DNA of 38,261 bases from an uncultured Bacteroidota bacterium (lineage in GTDB: Bacteria; Bacteroidota; Bacteroidia; Bacteroidales; WCHB1-69): NCBI GenBank assembly GCA_902774205.1, contig CACYHL010000002.1, positions 7,288 through 45,548 on the forward strand, in the 5' to 3' direction. The notes below the pieces were generated by a model. That model saw only the letters and a program-made list of their open reading frames with translations, made no database searches and was not told the DNA's origin. Made by a program: the position numbers and the translations under genes. Shown here piece by piece: positions 18,006-27,403 of this stretch. Numbering within the stretch: position 1 is the stretch's first letter; every line of letters begins with the position of its first letter.

Positions 18006-19763
18006 CTACTTTACGGCCTCCAATATTCTTTTCTCTTCTTTTTCACAGGCTGTTGTGGCTGCATCATTTTGATAGATGGAATTTGTAAATGTTTTAGGCA
18101 TTGCAGCGTAACCGACATACGCCCCCAACAGCATAAATGCAAGTTCCTTATGTCTGTAATGGCGATGCAGCATAAACCGCTCTATTTGGTCAAATCCTTG
18201 TGCCTTGATAATAAAAGCCATAATTGCCTGCATGATCGGGAGGTCTGACGGTTCTCCAAAATCATTAGACAAGCCCGTCTTATATGCATAGTATTGCCGT
18301 AATATGTTTAGAATTGTGCATCCGTCATCTGTTTGTGCGAATGATGTTTCCTTAAAAGTATTAGCAGAATTTTCGATAAGTGTTAGTATGTCATTGGTTG
18401 AAACTTTTTGTCCAGCTGGGATGCTATTGTTTTGCACGTATTGTAGTATAATGTCGTACAAGCAGATTTCAGCAGGTGTTGCAGCGACGATGTTTCCACT
18501 AATAGTAAGTCCATTTTCATAGGATATCGCAGAGGCATCTATGTTAGAATTACTATTATTACTATTGACTTTGGAAATCAAGCTGTTGAAAATATCACTG
18601 ATTTGCAAAAACAAAGAACGAATGGCGCCGTCATATTTCCCGGCTTCTCCTGCGGCTTCATCAATTCTGTTTTTTATTTCCTTGATTTTTGATTTGGCGG
18701 CCTTATATTCTGAATTGTATTGTTCAAAAGCTTCTACTTTCTCTTTCAACTGTTGTTTCCGTAGAAATTCAGGAGTATCTTTCTTAAAGTATTCTCGCGT
18801 TTTTCCCTTTTTATGACCCTTTTGCACTTCCAAATTCTTAATTGATTGGAGTTCTCTTTTACACGCAGCTATACCGAACTGTTCTTCCATTCTCTCAATG
18901 GATTCTTGCAACGCTTTTCTTTCCCGATCCAATGATATGATGTATTCATTGTATTCCTTTGACTGTTTCCATAAAATATCATTGTTTCGCAAGTCAACAG
19001 TTTTCCTTATCTCATCCAGCAACTGGAGTGCTATGTCAAACAGGTTTGTGACAGGCATTGAACCCATCCATACGGATTTTGCAGCACAGATTTGTTCAAC
19101 ATAATTTTCAAAATTGAAACGTTCTTCCTGCATGAGCAATGAAGTACAGAGACCTGCAATTTCGTTTTTGGTGGCATTAAGCATATTCAAAAGATGTTGC
19201 TGATTGAAATCGGTTGAAGTGACAAGTCCTCTCAAGTATCCGATAATACCACCTTTCACAACATTGACCCGTTCATCGTACTCAATGTACAATGGTGCAT
19301 CAAAAGAAATTTCATCAGAAGACTCTTCTTTAAGAATGAAATCAAATTGTGGATCTACAAAGAATGAGTTCTTGTATTTGTCAATGCACTTTACCTCAAA
19401 CAAAATGTTTGCCTCTGCGACGAATCCTTTCATGAGATTTGTGTCAGCAAAGCACACGCTGATTTCGTCTTTAGAAAAATAGATTGTCTTTGGATATGTA
19501 TATATCCCATTTCCGACCTTGTGTAGCAGCTGGCTCTCAATGATGCTGTCTGTAATCTGGATAGCATATTCCGCCTGTGGCTTTTTTTCAGACAAAACTA
19601 ATTCATTGATTTTTTCATTGCCAGCGTATGATTTTCGGGAAAGGTTACTGCCGAATCTCCGTTGCTGGTAGAACGAGTATGGAGAAAGGCTCTCCGTGGT
19701 CATTGATTCCATAAGATTCCAAGAATCAACAACAATCCAATATCTTTTACTGTTTTGTTTCAT
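18006..19763 (-). CDS. Hypothetical 585-aa cytoplasmic protein with central coiled coil
   Basis: Long ORF 12 nt downstream of the helicase; E/K/Q-rich helical middle; no recognisable catalytic motif. Confidence 0.85.
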   Translation of the reverse strand: MKQNSKRYWIVVDSWNLMESMTTESLSPYSFYQQRRFGSNLSRKSYAGNEKINELVLSEKKPQAEYAIQITDSIIESQLLHKVGNGIYTYPKTIYFSKDEISVCFADTNLMKGFVAEANILFEVKCIDKYKNSFFVDPQFDFILKEESSDEISFDAPLYIEYDERVNVVKGGIIGYLRGLVTSTDFNQQHLLNMLNATKNEIAGLCTSLLMQEERFNFENYVEQICAAKSVWMGSMPVTNLFDIALQLLDEIRKTVDLRNNDILWKQSKEYNEYIISLDRERKALQESIERMEEQFGIAACKRELQSIKNLEVQKGHKKGKTREYFKKDTPEFLRKQQLKEKVEAFEQYNSEYKAAKSKIKEIKNRIDEAAGEAGKYDGAIRSLFLQISDIFNSLISKVNSNNSNSNIDASAISYENGLTISGNIVAATPAEICLYDIILQYVQNNSIPAGQKVSTNDILTLIENSANTFKETSFAQTDDGCTILNILRQYYAYKTGLSNDFGEPSDLPIMQAIMAFIIKAQGFDQIERFMLHRHYRHKELAFMLLGAYVGYAAMPKTFTNSIYQNDAATTACEKEEKRILEAVK

Positions 19764-19775
19764 TTGACTTGGTTT

Positions 19776-21134
19776 TTAGGCGACATTAAATACGATTTTA
19801 CTTTTATCGATAAGAACAACGCTGTCTTTTTCTATTGCACTGAGAAAATCTGTGGGCTGACCTGAAAAAGATATGTGCAAAGAGTTCGAGGCTCGTGTAC
19901 ATGCAACATAGAATGCATTCCGATCCTTCAGGTTCTTTTGAGTGGCAAATGGAATAAAAACATTGCTAAATTCAGATCCCTTTGCTGCATGGTAAGTGAG
20001 TATGCATGGCAACTCATTATTAGAGAAATCCAAAGTGTTAATTGTTTGGTATGGGGCAGTACGTCCGGTTCTATAATGAACTTGTGAGGACATGTCGTTT
20101 TGTTTTAAAAACTGATAGACTGCTTTAACGTATTCTTCTGTGGGTACTAGTATTGCCACGTCATCAAGATCTTCGCGTTTGATTTGGTTCAAAATATCAA
20201 TCATTTCAGCCATCTCATCCGAATACATTGTGATGGTTGGTTTTGGATAGTTCGGATAATCACTGTTTCCGCCGTCTTTCCTGTTACATGAAAGGAGGTC
20301 TGTTGGCGGAACAGGAATGTTTTGTGCCATTCTGGCTATCGACTTTGGCAATCGGTAGTTGTAATTCAAAGAAAGAGTGTCGTATTTTAAAGCATCGCAT
20401 ATTTCATCCATGGATGCACCTTTATCGGCATAAATCTTCTGGTTGTTATCTCCAAAAAGTGTCATGCTTTTACCGACTTTGGGCAGGAACTTATTTATGT
20501 ATGTTGATATGTCAATATCCTGTGCTTCGTCAATAATCAGATAGTCAATTTTGTCTTCCATTTTTCTGAAGACGATGGTGTTGGGAACTAGTCCAACGTG
20601 CTTTGTGTCTGTAACATCAAGCGTGTCATCTTTCATTGGAACCTCATAAAACCAAGAAGTCCGACGGCCAAATGCACGGTAATATACTGTATCAACCCAT
20701 GTGTCAAAGTCGATGCTGACACGCAAAGCATTCTCCGGAGCATTGGAATCTACACGTAAGAACTTTCTAGTTTCTCCATCATTGGTAAGATAGATTACAT
20801 CTCTATTGAAAGCATCATTCGGACTTTTTCTTTTCCAATACACGAAGCCTTCCACATTGTAGCCACGCTCGTTCCACTCCCATTCGTAGACAATTCGTTC
20901 CTTATCAAGTCCGAGAGCATCCATACCATACGCTATCATTCTCTTCAATGCTATGGTGTAAATGCAGATTGCATAGTTACCGAATGCTTTTGCCTGATTG
21001 GCACGATGAATGGCGAGATTTGTTTTCCCGCTGCCGGCAGCGCCTTTGACAATAATGTTTTTGTCAATGGATTCAACGATCACTTTACGTTGCGAATCGT
21101 CAAGATTTGAAATGAACCAGTTTTCCAATTTCAT
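19776..21134 (-). CDS. Compact UvrD-like superfamily 1 helicase
   Basis: GAAGSGKT, IIDEAQD, FGDNNQKIY, NYR, TYHAAKGSEF, YVACTRA. Confidence 0.93.
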   Translation of the reverse strand: MKLENWFISNLDDSQRKVIVESIDKNIIVKGAAGSGKTNLAIHRANQAKAFGNYAICIYTIALKRMIAYGMDALGLDKERIVYEWEWNERGYNVEGFVYWKRKSPNDAFNRDVIYLTNDGETRKFLRVDSNAPENALRVSIDFDTWVDTVYYRAFGRRTSWFYEVPMKDDTLDVTDTKHVGLVPNTIVFRKMEDKIDYLIIDEAQDIDISTYINKFLPKVGKSMTLFGDNNQKIYADKGASMDEICDALKYDTLSLNYNYRLPKSIARMAQNIPVPPTDLLSCNRKDGGNSDYPNYPKPTITMYSDEMAEMIDILNQIKREDLDDVAILVPTEEYVKAVYQFLKQNDMSSQVHYRTGRTAPYQTINTLDFSNNELPCILTYHAAKGSEFSNVFIPFATQKNLKDRNAFYVACTRASNSLHISFSGQPTDFLSAIEKDSVVLIDKSKIVFNVA

Positions 21135-21151
21135 AATACTACTATTTTGGG

Positions 21152-21391
21152 TTATGCTATTTGTTGGGGAACATTCCTCAATGATCTATATGTAGGCAGC
21201 AATTGCTTATGGGTAATATGCCAGCCCATACAGTCGGAACAATAATAGCTGCGAATTGGAGCGTAGCCGTTCCGCTCCATTATTTCCTGTGCATTGAAAC
21301 GGATGCAGGTGTCTGCTTTTTTCTGTGTCTCAAAGAGCATTTTTACACGGCCACAAGCTGGACAATGGATTCTGTTCTTGGTGGGTTTCAT
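21152..21391 (-). CDS. Small Zn-finger-like protein
   Basis: CPAC and YYCSDCMGWH motifs; 17 nt upstream of the helicase. Confidence 0.75.
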   Translation of the reverse strand: MKPTKNRIHCPACGRVKMLFETQKKADTCIRFNAQEIMERNGYAPIRSYYCSDCMGWHITHKQLLPTYRSLRNVPQQIA

Positions 21392-21412
21392 AATCAATAT
21401 TTTTTTTAATGT

Positions 21413-21449
21413 TTACATCACTTAATGTCAATTCAGTGAAAAGGTAACC
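21413..21449 (-). promoter_or_regulatory. Candidate ECF-sigma promoter, copy 1
   Basis: GGTTACCTTTTC-N11-ATTAAG-N3-TGTAA, ending 21 nt before ATG 21391. Confidence 0.65.
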
Positions 21450-21551
21450 ACCTTTCAAAAAAAATTTTTCAAATTTCAACTTTTATTTTTTATATCTTTG
21501 CAAACCAAGATATTACAGAACTTGCACAACGACAATATTCATAAAATTTCT

Positions 21552-22088
21552 ATGGCCGAAGACGTACAATCAAAATCAGAGAAAAAATACAGCCGCGAGG
21601 ACATACACAATATGTCATTTGAACAACTCTGCCAGACTATTTGTGATAAATTGAATGACAATGATTTCGAATATTACATAGAATGGGGAGGAAAAATGGA
21701 GGGACCATTCGGGTTTTCAATCGAACCCAACGACACCATTCGTCCTGGACTTGTTAGAATTTTTCTTTCGCACATTCCTAAAGACGGCATTGACTACCTC
21801 AGAGAAATAGGCCTATTGAACAATGGCCGATGTGCCTTGTGTGGTGCGGACATCGAATCGGGAGAATATGTATGTGCCGAAAAGAACGGGACTTACCACA
21901 TCTGCCGCAGGTGCAACTTGGGGCTTGGCCCAGATGCCAAAATCAGCGAAAGCGTTGCCAAGAGAGGAAACTCTTATATTGGTTCTCCCAATAGAACGGA
22001 ATTGATAGACAGAGCTAACAATAAAGGATGTTTGGTTGCCGCATTGCTTTTTCCGTTATATATCCTCAAAACATTATTTTTCAATTAG
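21552..22088 (+). CDS. Hypothetical protein with CxxC..CxxC finger and C-terminal hydrophobic tail
   Basis: CALC...CRRC; GCLVAALLFPLYIL tail; TATCTTTG promoter upstream. Confidence 0.75.
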   Translation: MAEDVQSKSEKKYSREDIHNMSFEQLCQTICDKLNDNDFEYYIEWGGKMEGPFGFSIEPNDTIRPGLVRIFLSHIPKDGIDYLREIGLLNNGRCALCGADIESGEYVCAEKNGTYHICRRCNLGLGPDAKISESVAKRGNSYIGSPNRTELIDRANNKGCLVAALLFPLYILKTLFFN

Positions 22089-22115
22089 TTTCAGAATATA
22101 CCTAATTTCTTGCAA

Positions 22116-22526
22116 ATGAAAATGACCTTACTTATTTTATCTGCTGTAATCTTTCATCTCCCGCATTCATTTTTTGAAGACACAATCCGCAGGTACAAAA
22201 GAATGCAGCTTTATAATCCGGAAAAAGCGTACCTGTATGAACAGAACAATGGCGGTATGGACAGTTTTCTGTCCATAAATGTTTTCGGATATGTTTTGAG
22301 TCTTGTCGTTGCATTAATTCCTCTTTTCAAGGCATTTCCACTTCGATGGTATGCTGTTATTCTCATTATTATGGCAAACATATTGTATATGGTTTTTGTT
22401 TCATCTTTCTTAGCATACTTTATGTATCCAACGATGGCTATCTTTTGGAAGAGTAAGTTAAAAGAGATTACCATCGTATGCACTATTATTGCAACTGTAT
22501 TGCTCGTTATTGGCTGGTTCCTATAG
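22116..22526 (+). CDS. Hypothetical membrane protein
   Basis: About 4 hydrophobic segments. Confidence 0.75.
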   Translation: MKMTLLILSAVIFHLPHSFFEDTIRRYKRMQLYNPEKAYLYEQNNGGMDSFLSINVFGYVLSLVVALIPLFKAFPLRWYAVILIIMANILYMVFVSSFLAYFMYPTMAIFWKSKLKEITIVCTIIATVLLVIGWFL

Positions 22527-23162
22527 TGACGCTATCCTCTCTGATTTTGTGCTTTTAACAAAACCAATGATAGACGAATCGTGGTAGTTCGGAAAGTGAT
22601 TTTTTGCAGAATTGAAATTCTCCCAGAAAAAGCACACAGCTTCGCCAATTTTATTATATGCAACCTTGAACTCCTGCATGAAGTCTTTTGAGCTGCACAC
22701 ACACGTTTCAAATCTGCAATAAAGGCATTCTTGCGACTCCAGAACCATTGTAACATGGGGATTCTCGTAATTTGTGATCGAAACAAGATGCAGCAAACCG
22801 TTTTTGTCTATCTCTCCTAACTTTTCTCCAGAATACCTGTAGATAAAATATGTCCTTTTGTTACTTTTATTGACTCCCATATCCCACATCACAGTTTGAA
22901 AACAGATGTCACCCTTGCTGATATACAAATCTCCCTCACACATTTTCCAGTCGTAACCTTCCGAATCGAGAGTTCTGCAAACATCCTTTTGCAAGCGCAC
23001 TCTATTTACTCCACTTCTTGCAATAAAAATGGAAACAACCGCCATCAACATAATACAGGCAACTGGCATTAAGGCAAAATTGGCAGGAATAAGAACAAGT
23101 GTAGTGGCAAAAATGCCAGAGGCAATAATATTTAACACTATTTTTCTATTTTCAATACTCAT
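22521..23162 (-). CDS. Membrane-anchored protein with possible YbjN-like domain
   Basis: Two N-terminal TM helices; LDSEGY..., NYENPHVTM... alpha/beta pattern reminiscent of YbjN (unverified). Confidence 0.7.
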   Translation of the reverse strand: MSIENRKIVLNIIASGIFATTLVLIPANFALMPVACIMLMAVVSIFIARSGVNRVRLQKDVCRTLDSEGYDWKMCEGDLYISKGDICFQTVMWDMGVNKSNKRTYFIYRYSGEKLGEIDKNGLLHLVSITNYENPHVTMVLESQECLYCRFETCVCSSKDFMQEFKVAYNKIGEAVCFFWENFNSAKNHFPNYHDSSIIGFVKSTKSERIASL

Positions 23163-23171
23163 ACGGCAATC

Positions 23172-23516
23172 CTAATAAAATGAAACTTCCTTTAACTTAA
23201 TTGAGGTTTTGTTTTTCTGGAGGAAACGCGATCGATTGTTCCCTGTCCTATTGAGACATAGACCAGATTGCACAGTGCGCTTCTCTACTATCCTTTTGAG
23301 CAGTCTTTGGGCCTTCCCATCTCCCAAGTCCTTATGCCGAAAATAAAAATCATCGATAAAAGCCTGATTTGATGGTGAGAAGACATGGAAATCCTCCTTC
23401 ATCCTTGACGACGTCTCACTTCTATTTTGTTTCAAATGTGGCTCCGTGTCCATAAAAAAATCGTCAATCAGCGCCGTTGGATTAATCAAATCCGAATAAT
23501 TGATAGGTGTAATCAT
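23172..23516 (-). CDS. Hypothetical 114-aa protein
   Basis: ATG after an AT-rich leader; 9 nt from the next gene; acidic N-half and basic C-half. Confidence 0.65.
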   Translation of the reverse strand: MITPINYSDLINPTALIDDFFMDTEPHLKQNRSETSSRMKEDFHVFSPSNQAFIDDFYFRHKDLGDGKAQRLLKRIVEKRTVQSGLCLNRTGNNRSRFLQKNKTSIKLKEVSFY

Positions 23517-23531
23517 AACAAAGTTTTTTAG

Positions 23532-23568
23532 TTACACCTCTTAATACCATAAATGAGAAAAGGTAACC
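23532..23568 (-). promoter_or_regulatory. Candidate ECF-sigma promoter, copy 2
   Basis: Same motif and spacing as 21413-21449 (27/37 identical), ending 15 nt before ATG 23516. Confidence 0.65.
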
Positions 23569-23594
23569 GCAAAAAGGCAAAAAAATGCCACCAA

Positions 23595-26174
23595 TCAGTC
23601 CATAAGGACAAAAGCGGCCCAATATTCTGGATTGTGAGGGTACTTTCGTCTCATCGTATTCCGTGCATAGGTAAAAGCATTTTCTATGTCAAAGCCATTT
23701 TTGCACAATTCTCCATAAAACAGCCCCATCATCTCTTCTGCCTTTTGATTTCCCACTTTCCACAAACTCATCATGATTTTGTTCACGCCAGCGAGTTTGA
23801 ATCCCCTCTGCAATCCATAGACACCCTCACTGGAACCGTTATATCCAATACCCGTTTCGCACGCAGAGAGTACGACGAGCTCACAACCATTTAGATTCAT
23901 GTGCGATATTTCGTCTGCATGCAAAATGCCGTCCTCACCGCTGATGGGTGGTTTCAACGTGTCATTTGTCCAATATCTGTTGGCTCCTGCAAAGAAAAGA
24001 ACAGAATTATGCATGGCTTGACTGGGATCTATACTGTTGTCAAAATAACCGTGCGAATCGATATGCAGGAATCTGACACCTCGCCCGTCCAACCACTTGA
24101 ATGACCTCTCCGTAGCTTGGCTGGAAGTCCATTTTTTTACATTGGAGACATTCCCATTTTGCAATATGGAAGAGATCGTGTCAATTTCGCCAGAACCGAG
24201 ATAAGCCAATGGCTGGTGACATCCGATAGCCCTGTACGCATCCTCTCTTGGCATTACATGGTCTCCATACGTATACTCGATGGCACCCCATAGACAAAAT
24301 CCGCCATCGGAACTGGTTTTTCCTCCTTTCTTCAACTCAATAATTTTCTGACAGTTGGAAACCAGTTTAAAATCAAACAAATCGCACAAATATCGGTCAC
24401 TGCCACAGGACAACGCAGGTATGCATACGCTGTTGAAAACACCAGAAGTCGTATAGTACACTTTTTTTACACCTTTAAGGAGACTGTTTACATTGTTGAA
24501 AACCATTGACGTTAGTTCGGTATTATGGTACACAACATCTGGAGTCCCCTGCAAAAACCGCTCAATTTCTTCCTTGCTTGCAATGCGGACAAACGATACA
24601 TTGCTTGAATTGCCTCCTTTCTTCAAGACCAGACAATACAGTTGTCCATGCTGAGTTTCTGCAAACTGGAGAACCGCCTCGTCATCACCAAGTCTCTCCA
24701 ACAAAACATCTCTTGTCGGATGTTTCTCGAAATTACGGTATTGGTATTCCCAGCACCTGTTCGAAACCTCATTGTCAAGCGTTGTTATTTCCTTTTCAAG
24801 TTCACGTATCACCCGCATGTTGCCCAAACCAGACACATAGCGCCGGGCATCCAATTCTCTTTTGCAGTTGACCATACGTTTATATTTTTTTGTAAGTCCC
24901 TCGTCATTCAATGCCCTCACAGCATTTTCAATCGCCATCTCGGATCTTAAATACAGTCCTTGCTGAAACATGTTATTGTCAAAGCAAAGATTTGCGATTT
25001 TCCTGCTGTCTGAGTGTTCATATAAATAGTTTAAGGCGTAATCATACGGTTCTTCCAACAATTTCGCAAAATGTTCACGCTCTTCTTCGGTCATCCCCCT
25101 GAAATTCTTTTCAATATTGCCACGAGCACCTACACAACAGTTTTCAATAGCGGACTCAAGTCCCCGCCAATCCTGTTTTTCCTTTAAAAGGCGAAAGCCG
25201 CACATGCTGTTCAACAAATATTCTAGATCTTCTTTATCATACCTCTCGTTCAAATACTTCATATATTCTCGCAGGAAATATTCACCATACATCTCGTCAT
25301 GAAGAAGATAACAATAGTCCGACAAGCATCCCATGTCGGAATAGTCACCGACAGACATATAAGATACCGATTGAGCCAACTTTGCAGCATAATGAACATA
25401 GGGAGCTACCGATATGGTATCACCTTCCCTCAGACTGATGGAAACAAGTTTATTGAGAAGATGCATTTTTATAGAAGGATTCATCGCTTTATCTTCGAGA
25501 AGTGCATTTTCAGCCATTTCACGTGCAACGTCCAAACCGTATCGTTCAAAGACATCGACACCCATGGATATCGCAGAGGACAAAAATTTTTCTGCTGAAT
25601 ACTTCCCTCCAAAATACTCTTCAAGTTCCTTGGGATGATCAACCAAGTATAAAACAGACCTGCGCATTACCTCAGAATAAAAAACAGCCTGGGATTCATT
25701 GCCAATAGTGTTATAGATTTGCGCCAACCGGCACGAAACATTGAAATTATAGATATTTGCGCGAAAATCATCCAGCGATCGGAGCGTGTCCGCTTTCAAC
25801 AGGATTTGCTCTGCCTTGTCGTATTCTCCGACATGGATATAGCAATCTGTCAACACACACATGTTTTCCACCCTTTTCCTCCTGCTTCCGGATTCCAAGA
25901 AACCAGCATTCGACTCCATTATATAGATTGCCGCATGATAATTCCCGTTGTCAACAAGATTTTCGACGAGTGAGGTCGTGAGTTTGGCATTAAAGACATG
26001 GACATTTTCAGGATCAGTCTTCTCAGCCACAAATATGACACCACCTATAATCAGTATGGGCACAAGAACATACAACGCCACTACAAAAAGCAAACGAAAG
26101 ATATCATATAGCAATCCCCAAAAAATATCTTTGGCACGCATGAACTTTAATAAAAAATATCTATTTTTGCACAT
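23595..26174 (-). CDS. TPR-CHAT domain protease with N-terminal membrane anchor (alternative start 26141)
   Basis: FLHIDSHG (His), LVVLSACETG (Cys), EGVYGLQRGFKLAG, SLWKV, PEYWAAFV; TPR-like helices. Confidence 0.93.
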   Translation of the reverse strand: MCKNRYFLLKFMRAKDIFWGLLYDIFRLLFVVALYVLVPILIIGGVIFVAEKTDPENVHVFNAKLTTSLVENLVDNGNYHAAIYIMESNAGFLESGSRRKRVENMCVLTDCYIHVGEYDKAEQILLKADTLRSLDDFRANIYNFNVSCRLAQIYNTIGNESQAVFYSEVMRRSVLYLVDHPKELEEYFGGKYSAEKFLSSAISMGVDVFERYGLDVAREMAENALLEDKAMNPSIKMHLLNKLVSISLREGDTISVAPYVHYAAKLAQSVSYMSVGDYSDMGCLSDYCYLLHDEMYGEYFLREYMKYLNERYDKEDLEYLLNSMCGFRLLKEKQDWRGLESAIENCCVGARGNIEKNFRGMTEEEREHFAKLLEEPYDYALNYLYEHSDSRKIANLCFDNNMFQQGLYLRSEMAIENAVRALNDEGLTKKYKRMVNCKRELDARRYVSGLGNMRVIRELEKEITTLDNEVSNRCWEYQYRNFEKHPTRDVLLERLGDDEAVLQFAETQHGQLYCLVLKKGGNSSNVSFVRIASKEEIERFLQGTPDVVYHNTELTSMVFNNVNSLLKGVKKVYYTTSGVFNSVCIPALSCGSDRYLCDLFDFKLVSNCQKIIELKKGGKTSSDGGFCLWGAIEYTYGDHVMPREDAYRAIGCHQPLAYLGSGEIDTISSILQNGNVSNVKKWTSSQATERSFKWLDGRGVRFLHIDSHGYFDNSIDPSQAMHNSVLFFAGANRYWTNDTLKPPISGEDGILHADEISHMNLNGCELVVLSACETGIGYNGSSEGVYGLQRGFKLAGVNKIMMSLWKVGNQKAEEMMGLFYGELCKNGFDIENAFTYARNTMRRKYPHNPEYWAAFVLMD

Positions 26175-26402
26175 ATGATTCTTTCTATAGCAAAGTGGCT
26201 TGTTTTTATCGTCTGCAGTCTGTTTGCATACAGAACTGTCTATGATGTCTGCGTAAATAGAAAGAGTCCTATTGAAACTATTCGAGACCTTTTCTTAAGG
26301 TCATTTGTGCAAGGCTCTTTCATCATTTTTATTATCGTATTATTCTTCATAGCAGCCGGTTACTTGATATATATTTCCATATTCGGCACTCAATTATTTT
26401 AA
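26175..26402 (+). CDS. Small 2-TM protein, opposite strand within the protease cluster
   Basis: 75-aa ORF filling the gap exactly; TATTTTTG at 26162-26169. Confidence 0.5.
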   Translation: MILSIAKWLVFIVCSLFAYRTVYDVCVNRKSPIETIRDLFLRSFVQGSFIIFIIVLFFIAAGYLIYISIFGTQLF

Positions 26403-27403
26403 GGGAAACGGACTTTGTTCATAAAATGAACGACCACTTCGTTTCCACCATATTTGTCAGGTTCCAAAACAGACAACACACACTCCTCGTCTCCATTTTG
26501 CGATTTAAGAATCGCAAATGACCAATACCATATTCCAACACTGTCCATAGCTGTATCACCCCAAAGTTTGTATGTTGAAACACACATGGGATTGCCATTA
26601 ATGGAAGAATTCAGAAAACTCACTTCAATCGCATCTGACTCCGAATAACATGAATCCGGAAAATCTTTAGACAATTCTTCTGAAAAGGACAATCGCGAGA
26701 AATGCTTTTCGATCGAACTGTGTACAGTTGCGACGCCACCATTCCCAGTATCAAATATAAACTTTCTTCCGCCACAACTTCCACTTATATCAGTCCAGCT
26801 GTCAAGTGGCGAAAAGACAATAAGTCCATCTGTCATTTCGCTATCATACAAGATCTCCACTGGCTGGCTACGCACACGATAAAAAACCTTTTCAAATGAA
26901 GGGCCATAGCAGATGGCGACAAACAACACGCTGTACACTATTCCAATCCATCCCAAAGCACCCACGTTCCTCGTTGTTTTGGGAATACCATCAACAACGC
27001 ACTTCACGTGACGGATATAAAAAAACAAAAAAATCAAGAAAAGACTCACAAATGCTTGCAGGACATACAGTACGATTATTTGAAAATGCCTGTACGCCAT
27101 TAGTTCCCTACCGACAGCATCATGCATCAGTAGAAATAACACAATTGAAAGCCGCATTGCCAAAATCGAATTGGTTTTGCCTGAAAGCAGGGAGAATATT
27201 GCTGCAAGAGAATAAAACAAGCAACAGGCACACCCGGGGACAAAAAGCACATAATGGTCTGCTTGAAATATTGGAGCATGTGACAACCGGACAAGGTCAA
27301 CTAATGAAAGCGCATAGAGCAGCGTCAATGCGAAATAAGCATACAAAAACGCTGACAGCCACTTACTTGGGACAAACTTTTTATCTACCGCTTCCTTTTC
27401 CAT
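26399..27403 (-). CDS. Multi-pass membrane protein with C-terminal soluble domain
   Basis: About 5 TM helices then a beta-rich domain; start overlaps the end of the caspase gene. Confidence 0.8.
   Translation of the reverse strand: MEKEAVDKKFVPSKWLSAFLYAYFALTLLYALSLVDLVRLSHAPIFQADHYVLFVPGCACCLFYSLAAIFSLLSGKTNSILAMRLSIVLFLLMHDAVGRELMAYRHFQIIVLYVLQAFVSLFLIFLFFYIRHVKCVVDGIPKTTRNVGALGWIGIVYSVLFVAICYGPSFEKVFYRVRSQPVEILYDSEMTDGLIVFSPLDSWTDISGSCGGRKFIFDTGNGGVATVHSSIEKHFSRLSFSEELSKDFPDSCYSESDAIEVSFLNSSINGNPMCVSTYKLWGDTAMDSVGIWYWSFAILKSQNGDEECVLSVLEPDKYGGNEVVVHFMNKVRFP

Noticed and set aside
18006-21134. Gabija or Hachiman assignment
   Set aside because: The partner lacks OLD-family ATPase/TOPRIM motifs, and the helicase is SF1, not the SF2 HamB type.
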